64,000 nucleotides of DNA from Octopus vulgaris (Eukaryota): positions 26,474,001 through 26,538,000 of the forward strand of contig OX597836.1 of NCBI GenBank assembly GCA_951406725.2, given 5' to 3'. This document shows positions 52,244 through 64,000 of the stretch, piece after piece (position 1 is the first letter of the stretch; the number at the start of each line of letters is the position of its first letter). Position numbers and translations under genes: made by a program. The notes beneath the pieces are model-generated. The model saw only the letters and a program-made list of their open reading frames with translations, was not told the DNA's origin and searched no databases.

Positions 52244-54049
52244 AAAGCTTCCATCTTGGATGACGTCCATGTGATATATAAAGAAGTAAGCCAAGTTAGT
52301 CTGGCCAAACCTCCACACCACTGACCACAGCCAGAAATGTCTAGTATCAAGTTGTATTGACATAAAGTAAAAAAAAAAAAAAAAAAATCATTCAACAAGT
52401 TTGAACCAATCAAAACCTTCGTCACAGACACTGCTTGCCAAAGGCTCACACCACCACCCTCTTTTCTTTTCCTCTCACTTATACACTTCCTTTTATGGTA
52501 TTGTTAAAAAAAAAATTAGCTATTCTCTTCAAACAGATACAAAAATATTTAAAACATATGCAACAAAAAGCTTGGCTGTCAGGTAAGAAGTTTGCTTATC
52601 AACCACACAGTTCCAGGTTCAGTCCCACGGCATGGCATCTTGGATAAGTGTCTTCTACTTTAGCTTCGGGTCAACTAAAGTCTTGAGACTGTGGCCATGC
52701 TGGGACACCGCCTTGAAGAAATTTTAGTCAAATGAATCTGCATCAGTACTTTTTTTTTAAAGCCTGGGATTTATTCTATCAGTCTCTTTTACTGAACTAC
52801 TAAGTTATAGGGATGTAAACACACCAACACTGTTTGTCAAGCAGTGGGGGGAGGGCAATCACACACACACACACATATATATATAACAAGCTTCTTTCAG
52901 TTTCCATCTACTAAATCCACTCACAAAGCTGAGGTCAGCTCGAGGCTATAATACAAAAAAACTTGCCCAAGGTGCCTCGCAATAGGACAGATTCTAGAAC
53001 CATTTGGTTGGAAAGCAAGCTTCTTACCACACAGCCACACCTGCACCTATATATAATGTGTGTGTGTGCATGTTCATTCCCTACCACTGCTTGTCAACCA
53101 GTGTTGGTTTGTTTTCACCCTCCATAACTTAGCAGTTCAGCAAAAGAGAACGAGAGAACAAGTATAAGACGTTAAAAAAAAAAGTCAGTAGTACAGCCAA
53201 TTCATTTGACTAAAACCCTTCAAGGCAGTGCCCCAGCATGGCCACAGTCCAATGAGTGAAACAAGCAAAAGATTAAAAAATAAAACTGTAAATATTGGAG
53301 GGGTGACAGGGACATTTTTTTTGTTTTTTGTTTGAAATTTTTTTATTTCCACCCCACCCGACCCACCCACACACCAATTTCAAAAATAGACAGACATTAT
53401 TAACAATTTCATAATAATAATTTCTTTTTCTTTTTTTATTTCAATTTTATTTTATTCATGGCATTATTTAATACAATGTTTATGGATGACATAAAAATGG
53501 TTCCTTGGTTCCATGGTCCCTGACTCCAACGATAACATTTTTGTTTCTTTGTTTTTCTTCTGCCTCCTCCTCCTCCTCCTCCTTCATTACTATCATTATT
53601 ATTATTATTATTATTATTAATATTATTATTATTATTATTACAGGGTGTGGGGTTGAGGAGACAAACCAAGGCAAACAATAAATATAGGAGAAAGAGAGGG
53701 AGCACAATGGGGAAAAAGATGCTTGATTATACGGAGGGGTACAAGCCATGGTGTAGCATGGGTAGGGCCACAGGGGTGATTGCTCTGGGCACAAAACTTT
53801 TAAAAGAAAACAGTTATAGTAGTAATAATAAATAAAAGATAGTGTACCCTTCCTGCCATAGTAGCCTTGCCCCCACAAAGTGGTGGCAGCCCAAGTTACA
53901 GCAATGGGCAGAAGGGAGGTCTTGGAAGGGAGGTTGAGAAAAACCTTGAGTTTGTTTGGTTAAGGAAAAATATTGTAAATAAATATAAATGAGCAAACAA
54001 GGGCAGTTTATTAAGGGTGAGAGTTGAAGGGAGCAGGGTGTAAGAGGGC

Positions 54050-55010
54050 TGAATGGATGGATGGACACAATAAGGCAAGGGGGTGATGGAATGGATATAG
54101 CAGGACAAGGGGGTGATGAGATGGATGCAATAGAACAAGGGGGATGAGGTGGACATAATAAGACAAGGGATTATGGAATGGACACAATAGGACAAAGGGG
54201 TGGGATGGACACAATAGGACAAGGGACAGATGGAATGGACACAACAGAAAGGGTGATGGGATGAACACAATAGGACAAGGGGTTAAATGGTCACAATAGG
54301 ACAAATGGAGTGATGAGATGGACATAATAGGACAAGGAGTGATTGAATGGACACAATAGGACAAGGGAGTGGTGGGATAGACATAAAAGGACAAGGGATG
54401 ATGGAATTGACACAATATAACAAGGGGGTGGGATGGACACAATAGGACAAGGGGTTAAATGGTCACAATAGGACAAATGGAGTGATAAGATGGACATAAT
54501 AGGACAAGGGAGTGGTGGGATAGACATAAAAGGACAAGGGGTGATGGAATTGACACAAGAGGACAAGGGTAGTGATAGAATGGATGATGGAATGCACACA
54601 ATAGGACAAGGGGGTGATGGAATGGACAGTAGGACAAGGAGGTGCTGAGATGGACACAATAGGACAAGGGCTTGAATGAATGGTCACAATAGGACAAAGA
54701 GGCTAATGAGATGGGCAGAATATGACAAGGGGATGATGGAATGGATACAATAGGACAAGGGGATGATGGAATAGACATAATAGGACAAGGAGTGATGGAA
54801 TGGAATGAGAGGGGCACAGTGGAAATAGGGGATGAAAGGATGAGGTGGAATGAATGCAGTTGGACAATGGGGGGGTGATAGAATGGAATGAAAGGATACA
54901 ATAGGATTAAGGGACGATGAGATGAAATGAATGCAATAGAATGGAGGAGGGTGATGGAATGGAATGAAAAGGGACAATGGAATTAAGGTACGTTAGGATG
55001 GAATAGAATG
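54050..55010. repeat. Degenerate ~28-bp purine-rich minisatellite
   Basis: ggacacaataggacaaggggtgatggaat-like unit repeated more than 25 times. Confidence 0.9.
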
Positions 55011-57469
55011 AATAACCCATGCTAGCATGGAAAGCGGACGTTAAACGATGATGATGATGATGATGGGACAGTGGGGTGATATAGAGACAGTGATGTGTCA
55101 AGGCAGAATTTACTTGAATCAATGAGGGCCAAAGATGAAGGCATTTGATTGGTGACCCCCCACTATATTCTGGATATGGATGGTGGTAAGAAAGTGCCAT
55201 AATAGTACAAGGATAACCACAATGTAAGGGTGGGGGCGGGGCAGGTTTAGGACTGTAGCAACAACAACAGCAACGTGTACATGTTCAAAAGTCAGAGAGT
55301 TGCTCGTCATTACGGTTGAAAGACAAAAATTCATAAAATATAATGGGATTCATTACGTGAATGAATATATTAATAAATAAACACAAATTAATTAGCAGAG
55401 AGAGTAGGAGGAAGGAAGTAAAGAGAGGAGTAAAGGAGGAGGGTAAGAGAGAAAGAAGTAATGGAAAGTAAACAGCGAGGAAGAAAGATCAATCTATCTG
55501 CTGTTTTGCTCCTCCTCCTCCTCTCATACATATTCTCACTCCTCCTCTTACACTATCTCTCACTCTCGTTTTCTTTGTCACTGTCTTTTTCTCACCTTCT
55601 GTCACCATTTCACTCTCTCTTCCTCTCACTCATGGAAACTAAATCCTTGTCTGTCTGTCTCTTATTCACACACACACACACACACACACTCTTCTCTCTC
55701 ATTTGTCTTTCACAGACTGTTTTCTCCTTCTTTCCTTCCTCGCTGTCTCCCTCTCTTTCACGCCTCCTTCACCTACCTCCCATTCTCCCTCAATTTCTCT
55801 TGCAAACAATAAGTCTTTTTACAATAAGAACTTCTCAAGAGAAGGAAAAATGAGATTAAGTACATATATATGTGTGTGTGTGAAGGCATATGGTCTAGGG
55901 GTTAGGATGCTGCACTCAGGATCATGAGATCATGGGTTCGATTCCCAGACAGGACAGCACATTCTGTTTTTCAGCAAAACACTTCCTTTCCCATTGTTTG
56001 AGTTCATTCAACTGTAAATAGGCAGCCCTGTAACAGACAAGTCTTCCGATCAGGAGGGATGTTGGCCCACTCGCTTAGCCAGTGAGATGGCATTATTCAA
56101 AAGCTAAGGCAGTGAGCTGGCAGAAACGTTAGCACGCCAGGCAAAATGCTGAACAGTATTTCGTCTGTCTTTACGTTCTGAGTTCAAATTCCACCGCGGT
56201 CGACTTTACCTTTATCAACTTTTGGGGTTGATAAATTAAGTACCAGTTGCGCAGGCCCACTGACTTCTCTTACTTAATTTTTGCTTCTTCACCACCTCGT
56301 AATACTGACCACTTCGATGTGTTTAGTGTCCAATACTATGATGGTGACATCGTCCATATATGCAAACACAGACTTTCTGTACACTAGTCCTTATGGGATG
56401 CCCCATGAAACTTCTAACTTCTACAATTGAGACTCTAGATTCAGTGCATATGGAAGAGGAGAAAGGAAGCACTCTTCATGGACCAATTGCATGATACTGC
56501 GATATTTGTTCTGTATGTCCCTCTCTACCCACTTAAACACACACCCACAGGGGGCTTTTCCTTTTTCTTGTTATTTCTTGTCTGGCAAGTTACTTGGCAA
56601 CCCCACAAGTGCCGGTGACATGAAAAAAAAAAAGCACACAGTCAAGTGGTTGGCATTAGGAAGGGCATCTAGCCATAGAAACCAAGCCAAAGCTGACACT
56701 GGAGCACAATACAGCCCTGTGGCTTGCTGGATCCTGTCAAACTGTCCAACCCATGCCAGCGTGAAAAACGTATATTGGACCTTTAGCATTCAAATTATTC
56801 TGTCAAACGTAATGCTTATGTATTCATATTATTTTGAGTTAATACAGCACAATTTCATAGATTCTTGAGACTTCAATGATGTAAATGTATGATTTTTAGA
56901 ATAATATTTTGGGGTGGGTGTGAGAGGTTATATCTGGCCAGTTTGAACATAAAACAGAATATTTTGGGCCCAATGTGGCTGGTTTAAATTCCAAAGGGTT
57001 AAATGCTGATGAGGCGGAGGAGGAGAAGGAAAGAAAGAAAGAAAGGCTAAGTTGCCTGTGATGGTATTTGAACTCAGAATGGAGATGGAGGCAGTAATTA
57101 AATCTAGAAAGGAATTAAGTCCAGGAGCCTCCCACTTCTACCATTCCACTGTCTTAATTACAAAAACGATGTCTATGATATGTAGACGAAGATGTGGTTG
57201 ACTATGTTTGATACCCAGGTATATTTTTTGACTGTTGTTATTTACTGCATCCACCCCTAACAGCTTAATGTTGTTGCTGCTGCTGTTGTTGATGCAAAGA
57301 AATGTAAATTAATGGGTAGTTGGGTGGGTGGATAGTTATTTACAGAGTGATGTAAATGCAGGTCTAGGTGGGTGGATGGGAGTGAGGGACCATAAGCCTT
57401 ACGCTTGTTCCTGTACTCCTCGTCTTCACCCCCAACCACCGTCCCACCCCACCGGACACTCCTGCTGTC

Positions 57470-57638
57470 TCACATGTCATCTGATCTTACAGAACCCCAC
57501 CTGAAGCCCTCGGTGAGTGAATCTAACATGGAGGTGGAATTGGCCGCACTGGAAGACTCTGCGATGCTGTACGCATGGAAGAACATATTTCGGACACAGG
57601 CCAACCGGCTGGATCGAGATGGTACGTTCTCTTCAGAT
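57470..57638 (-). CDS. Gene 2 terminal coding exon: (L)SEENVPSRSSRLACVRNMFFHAYSIAESSSAANSTSMLDSLTEGFRWGSVRSDDM*
   Basis: Acceptor tttgatttcag|A, phase 2 matching the previous exon; open to TGA at 57470-57472. Confidence 0.85.
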
Positions 57639-57741
57639 CTGAAATCAAACCAAAGAGAAATAAATAAATAAACTAATTAATTAATTGATTAATAAAGGAA
57701 TACAGAGATCATCATTATCATCTGTATCCAGTCTTTGTATG

Positions 57742-58090
57742 TGGTGGTGGTAGTGATGATGATGGTGGTGTGGTGGTAGGGGTGGTGTGGTGGTGGTGAT
57801 GGTCGTGGTTGTAATGGTCATGGTTGTGATGGTCGTGGTGGTGATGGTCATGGTGGTGATGGTCATGGTGGTGATGGTGATGGTGGTGATGGTGATGGTG
57901 GTGATGGTTGTGGTAGTGGTGGTGGTGGTAGTGGTGGTGGTGGTAGTGATGATAGTGGTAGTGATGATGATGGCAGTGATGGAGGTGGTGATGGTGGTAG
58001 TGATGGTCATGGTGGTGATGGTAGTGGTAGTGATGGTCATGGTGGTGATGGTAGTGATAATGGGCATGGTGGTGGTGGTGTATGGTAATG
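57742..58090. repeat. (GGT/GAT)n trinucleotide repeat in the last intron of gene 2
   Basis: Direct reading; source of the poly-His, poly-Thr and poly-Val ORFs. Confidence 0.95.
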
Positions 58091-58986
58091 AGGGCGTGTG
58101 TGGGGTGTGGTGCAAGCAGAAAAGCCATGTTATTTAACCCTTCAGATTATTCTGTCAAATGTAACACATATTCATTCACATTGCTTTGAAGCAATCCTGT
58201 ATTTATCATCCCACAGCTTCGGAATTTCAATGATGTGGTTGTTTACATTTAGAATAACATTGTAGGTAAGGTGTGAAAGGCTTGATCTAGGTTGGTTTCA
58301 GCATAAAACAGATAGAATATTTGGGCCAGATATGGCCAGGTTAAAGCTGCGAACACACAAAGACTGACCTGTTGATGTGGGACCCCAAGTGACGGAAATG
58401 ATTCCAGCAGTAACAGGGGTGGGATGGGGGAATGAGGACTTCATTTCAGAGCAAGTGTAACATGTCCAATAAGTGGAACAACTTCAGCTGGGTTCAAAGG
58501 CATAGGGTTCTTAAGGGTTGTGTTCCATCTACCTTCCACACCATTTCCATGACAGAAGAGTAAGTGAAAGGGCACATTTATGTATATATATATACATATG
58601 TAAGAGACATATCCAGAGTGTGTATATATATATATATATATATAGAATATAGGGGTGGGACTGGCTCCCATGCCATTGGCATGTAAAAACCACCATCCAA
58701 ACGTGGCCGATGCTCGTACCCGCTGACTGGCTCTTGTGCTGGTGGCACATAAAAAGCACTATCCGAATGTGATCGATACCAGGCCCGCCTGACTGGCTCC
58801 TGTGCTTGTGGCATGTAAAAAGCACCCACTACACTCTCAGAGTGGTTGGCGTTAGGAAGGGCATCCAGCTGTAGAAACATTGACAGGTCAGATTGGAGCC
58901 TGGTGCTGCCTTCTGGCTTGCCAGCCTTCAGTCAAACTGTCCAACCCATGCCAGCATGGAAAGCAGACGTTAAATGATGATGATGA

Positions 58987-59035
<49 letters not shown>

Positions 59036-59208
59036 TGTAAGAGAAAACAAATGCTGTTGATGATAATGGCAGTGATGATGGTGATGATAATGATGATGGT
59101 GATGCTACTACTGATGATTGTGGTGGTGGTGGTTGTGGTGGCGGTGATGAAAATGATGGTAGTGATGACGATAATGATGATAGCAATGACGTGCTAAAGT
59201 GCACTTAC

Positions 59209-59523
59209 AGAGAATGCGTTAGAGTTGCAGGAGATGATATATGCGCCGAATGTGCAGGTGAAGAAAACCATCCAGGTGTGTAATGTTTTACGGAGCCCAG
59301 GTGATTGGGAGAGGAGGCAGTTTTCTCGTTAGCGATGTCGATGTTTCTGGCGGCACTCATTGATGAATCAGAATCTCCTGAACCCAAAGAACTGAGACCA
59401 CACTGAGCGAGCTTTCGCTGTAGTTGTTGGCAATGTAGGTTGTCAGCTGTCGAAGAGGTACTCGTACCAGTTTCAGCGGCAGTATTAGGCACCTTATGAT
59501 GAATGTACGCGGCACTCTGGGTA
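59209..59523 (-). CDS. Gene 2 internal exon (315 nt): (D)TQSAAYIHHKVPNTAAETGTSTSSTADNLHCQQLQRKLAQCGLSS...SPATLTHS(L)
   Basis: Acceptor ctttcttttcactag|T, donor CT|gtaagt, phase 2/2; matches ORF 59205..59492. Confidence 0.9.
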
Positions 59524-60716
59524 CTAGTGAAAAGAAAGCAGACACCTCAGTGAATGGGAATATATTTAGAAACACTTTTCATTTTTTTTTAAACACCAAA
59601 TTAACGCAAGTTATAAGCAAAAATGTAAAACGATGGTTTGTATTATTTAATTTGTATTTCAATATTTCAGGATGAGATGGTGGCGAGCTAGCAGAAATGT
59701 TAACATGCCCTCCCACAAAATTTTGGGGGTCAATAAATTAAGTACCAGTTGCATACTGGTGTCGATCTAATTTACTGGCCCTCTCCCAAAAAGTTTCAGG
59801 CCTTGTGCCTAGAGTAGAAAAGAAAATTTCAAGGTGAGGACCCCTTCTTCAAGAAATATCTACCCTGTAGTATATACATTACAGAACAGAGAAGTCAGCT
59901 CACAATACCATATCTTTGAACATTTCCTGAAAAAGGGCTCTTAAACTCAAAATATTGAAATACAAGGTAAACGTATGAATTAGCAACTTGTATCATTTCT
60001 TATAACTCACATTGTTTTAGCTTTAAAAATGGTGCGTGACTTCTAGGACACCCTGTATATATATCTTTTTTTTTTTTTAACAGAAGTAAAAGGGTGACTC
60101 AGGGTCACTCTGTGCATTGGCACTTATCAAACTACTGATAAGTGCTAATACACAAAACTCTTAGACCTTGACTCACTGTTTCTTCTTCCAAATATTAATA
60201 AAAATATACATATACTCATATTTTTAGTTCTATTTTTCCTGTTTGCATCGACATACATACATATATATCAAAAGGATGTGTTATAATACTATTCCACATA
60301 TTCAAAAACAACCATACAAACAATCCAACATACCTCAATCATCAGCTGCCCAATAGATATCACTATGGTTTTGACACCTGGGCAGTACCACTAAAATAAG
60401 TGTTGTTTGGGAACAAACATACCAAAGAAACCACAACTTTCAAACACATTTACCTTATGTACAACAGTATCGGTAAATAATATATATATATATACAGACA
60501 GCTAGACATGTATACATCTACAGATATGATCCTATTGTATCCGAAAACATAAATGGGGATAGTCATGACCAAATTGGTTTTTAATCCTAGATCCCTGCTT
60601 ACTAAATTAGGCCCATACTGGAGCTAAACAACACTACATAAGACAGTTTGACGTGTATTCTAGAGGGTGTGTGTCACTGTTGACAGAGTATCATGTCAAG
60701 AATAAACATTACTTAC

Positions 60717-60831
60717 TCCTCTGAAAGGAAGATCTGTGCTCCAGATGGGCTTGTAGACATGGAAGATGAAGAATATGAACCAGGGAGTAAATTGGAATCT
60801 GTTACCGTCACTTCGCCATTCTCTTTATTAC
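60717..60831 (-). CDS. Gene 2 internal exon (115 nt): (G)NKENGEVTVTDSNLLPGSYSSSSMSTSPSGAQIFLSE(D)
   Basis: Acceptor tctaccatcag|GT, donor GA|gtaagt, phase 1 in and 2 out, joining both neighbours in frame. Confidence 0.85.
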
Positions 60832-61207
60832 CTGATGGTAGACAACATTTAGATTTATTCAAAATGGTTAATCAAATAGTTTGTTTAAAATATATTATTA
60901 TTTCAATCATATTCTCTCTCCCTCTCCACCTTCTCTTTTCTGGGTTTCTTGTCCTGGGTTGTATGGAGCTACAAAGTTTGAAATGATTATAACAAAGATA
61001 TTTGTGGAACTGACAGTCATAGTCATGTGGTTAAGAGATTTGATTCACAACCACCGGTGCCTAGGTTCAATCTCGCTGTGCCACAACTTTGACAAATATG
61101 TTCTGTTGCCGTAGAGATGGAGAGTCAATCAGAGCCTTGAAATTTGGTAGACTGGAACAGTGGAGAAGCCCTTCAAGTGAAGATATATATATATATAATA
61201 TATATAT

Positions 61208-61392
61208 AAAGGGAAAGTTTACGAAAATAAACAAAAGACGAAGGCAGGTGGTGTACAAACAAACAGATGTATTAGTATAGTGCTCAGGAATAGAAAAAGT
61301 CCTTTACATTTTGAGCCTACACTCTTCTACAGAAAGGTACACAGAAAAAAACAAGAAGAGAAAAAAAATGTGTGTAGTAGCTAACGCTATCA
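61208..61392 (-). mobile_element. Penelope-like fragment, same family as 12645-12855, hammerhead decayed
   Basis: aataaacaaaagacgaaggcaggtgg...gagcctacactcttctacagaaag following (TA)n. Confidence 0.55.
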
Positions 61393-62316
61393 TAAGACTT
61401 TATAAACTTTAGGGAATATGAAATAATTCCTTTTGGGAACAGGATCTCAAAGCACATATAAAGTTATAAAGAATCTTTTCTACAGGGCCTGAAAGTTTGA
61501 GGGAACGGGTCAGTTGTTGACATCAACCCCAGTACATAACTGGTACTTATTTTATCAACCCAGAAAAGATGAAAGGTAAAGTCAACCTCAGAGGAATTTG
61601 AACTCAGGACATGAAGACAAAATGCCAATTACGTATTTTGTCCAGCATGCTAATGATTCTGCCAGATAAAGCTATAAATAATAGCACACATATCTTGTGG
61701 TATTTGGTTCCATTCTGGTTATGTCCCTTTACTTCCCTGTTGACTTTGCCAAAAATGAATACCTAACAATGTATTTCTTCCTCATCTTTCAGCTTCTCTA
61801 CAACATAAGCCATCAAAATATATACCTTTGAAGTCTTCTTGTCAAACTATTTCCAACATCTTCCAGTTCAATCTGCATCTTTTTCGTTTCTACCTCCAGT
61901 TATTGTTTGCATCCGGTTCTTTGTCTTCTCGCTTCAATCTCCTATTTGGAAGGTCTTTGACTAGAGGACATTATCGCTCTGAGATTGAGGTGCCGTCCTT
62001 ACTTGGGTCAGGTGGCTTTGATTTGCTCTCTACTGCTGTCTTCAAGCCACAAGAATACCAACCCCACATCAGAAGACCAAGTTTATATTAAGCAGCCTTT
62101 TCACTGGGTCACAACTACAACAAGCATTAGATGTCATTCTTTGTATCCCATAGAGATGTATGCCGGGAAACAAAGTTCAGGAGTTGATATACTAACTAAA
62201 ATCTTTAAATGCAGGGCTTCAGCACCATCCTAGTCCAATTATTAAAGCTAGCAAAAGAATATAAAATATTTTCCAAATCATAATTCCACAAGACAGTGGA
62301 GGTGAGATAGCATTAC

Positions 62317-62516
62317 CTGCACTATTTTCATTCTTGTTTTCCTGTGAAAATTCAGTTATTTCTACAACCAATTCCTTCTCTAGTTCTTTCTCCGGTTCCT
62401 TCTCTGCACTCCCTTCATTATTATGAAACACCGAATCCAAAAAGTCAGCCTTCGTATCTTCAGGAAATGCTTGAGACGATGGCCTCGATGTGTTGTTACT
62501 TTTCCGTTTAGTTCCA
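62317..62516 (-). CDS. Gene 2 internal exon (200 nt): GTKRKSNNTSRPSSQAFPEDTKADFLDSVFHNNEGSAEKEPEKELEKELVVEITEFSQENKNENSA
   Basis: Acceptor cttctaatttcag|T, donor CAG|gtaatg, phase 2 in and 1 out; overlaps ORF 62219..62440; upstream exons lie further right. Confidence 0.85.
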
Positions 62517-62562
62517 CTGAAATTAGAAGAGAAAAAAACATTTGTGGTGTTAATCTCTAAAG

Positions 62563-62897
62563 CAGCATTTCTCCACCGGGGATCCCTGGAACCCTAGGGT
62601 TCTGCGAGAAAGAGGGAGATAAGCTAATGCTAATTTATGATTGTAATATTACTATACATGCACAACATATTATTGGTTATTGTAATATTGTAATATAGCC
62701 CTCATCCTATCTAACCTATCATGTTATTATAACAACCATATATATATATATATATATACACATGATATTTACCACGTGGACTATGATGAAAGAAATATGA
62801 GAAAGATATGGTATATGATTCTTTTTATGCAGGGATTCCTTGAGACATGTAATTTATTTTAAGGGTTATGCAAGGGTAAAAAGGTTGAGAAACACTG
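62563..62897. mobile_element. hAT (Charlie-like) MITE
   Basis: Perfect 8-bp TSD ctctaaag; termini CAGCATTTCTCCACC / GGTTGAGAAACACTG. Confidence 0.8.
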
Positions 62898-63626
62898 CTC
62901 TAAAGTGATGATACATCCTAGATATTAGGACCATCTGGCAGTATATTATTTAGGGAAGGAAGAGAGGAAGGGGTTCAGGCATGTAAATATGTCCCTTTTA
63001 TCCATGCTTGTCTAGGTTGAATGGTTTGACAAGAACTAATGTACCAAAGGGTTCCACCAGGTTCTATGTCTGCTTTGGCATGGTTTGTACAAGTGAATGC
63101 CCTTCCTAATGCCAACCACTTAAGAGAGTATACTGGATGCTTTTTACATGGCACCAGCACCAGTGAGGTCAGCAAATAACCACAAAATAAGACCCTTATA
63201 CTGAATGGGGTATATACTAAAGGAATAAGGAACTATGATATGTTGCTGAAGAGGAGAATACATGGCTTGCCCACCTGGGAAGTGAGTGAGAGATAGTCTT
63301 CATCATATTTTCTATATATTTGACATTGGTAACAATGCCCCAGCATGGGCACAGCCAGTTGTACTAAACCAGTAAAAGAGAATACAAGAGATATATGTCT
63401 GACTAAAGCAGAAAAATGTTACTTACCCAGAATAAACTGAGAAATCATCAGAAGTTATAAATTTCAAAAAATGGAAGCAAAATCGAAAAATCTGAAATTT
63501 AAAAATCAAAATATAAACTTCAACAAGTTAGGAATTCATGTTGTTGATTAACTTCAGTTTTCGTTAACAATTAAAAACACTTGATTTGGAGCTATATGTA
63601 TAAGAAGGGCACTTAGCAACAATATA

Positions 63627-64000
63627 TCTCTCTCTATATAAACAGCAGTTTGTTTGTCTGTCTGTGTGTCTGTCAGGTTGTACCCTCACCCTGACCACGG
63701 CTTTCAACCGATTCTGATGAAACTAAACACACACATAGCCCAATGTCATAATTCAAAACTAATGCAGCGAAAAGTTTGAAAAGTTCCCCTGGTTCTGAAA
63801 ATAATTGATAAATTCGACATGGGGTCGAGAATCTAAGCTTTTTATTTGCAACACATATTCTGTTGTAGTTTTCGCAACTTGCAATCGATTTTCACCAAAC
63901 TCATGGTGAAGCTTAATGTTACCCTAAGAAACTTAATTCTGCCGTTAGTTTTCCATGTAATACCTTACCATCAGAAAAAATCGATAAAATCATGCCATTT
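63627..64000 (+). mobile_element. Helitron copy, 5' part
   Basis: 63627-63830 is nearly identical to 29480-29690; the remainder is assumed to continue the element. Confidence 0.65.

Noticed and set aside
57405-57671. Plus-strand ORFs 57405..57671, 60693..60986 and 4322..4639
   Set aside because: Antisense shadows of minus-strand exons that have proper splice sites
61826-61960. Purine-rich exon-like segment with AG/GT boundaries inside gene 2
   Set aside because: Stops in all three minus frames, and the flanking exons already join in phase without it

Overview
AT-rich eukaryotic DNA that is extremely dense in microsatellites and SINEs. Its repeat families match those I recognise from Octopus (coleoid cephalopod) genomes; this is inferred from the repeat landscape, not from a database search. 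Two spliced genes lie on the minus strand. Gene 1 (left) has five phase-0 coding exons (9023-8901, 7430-7314, 4699-4415, 2367-2209, 100-<1) encoding the N-terminus of a long coiled-coil protein resembling giantin/GOLGB1, plus a probable 28-nt 5'UTR micro-exon. Gene 2 (right) shows its last four coding exons (62516-62317, 60831-60717, 59523-59209, 57638-57470), an unidentified acidic, Ser-rich C-terminus. The rest is intronic or intergenic: tRNA-derived SINEs, RTE LINE fragments, mariner, hAT, piggyBac and Merlin-type MITEs, Helitrons and satellites. Nearly all supplied ORFs are microsatellite or SINE artefacts. The most notable unannotated signals are: several type I hammerhead-ribozyme motifs (two with near-intact cores, others decayed), mostly in Penelope-like fragments nested in microsatellites; long fold-back structures that could be A-to-I editing substrates; repeated short-range templated duplications and inversions; and a CpG-retaining block at about 34-43 kb with orphan splice sites.
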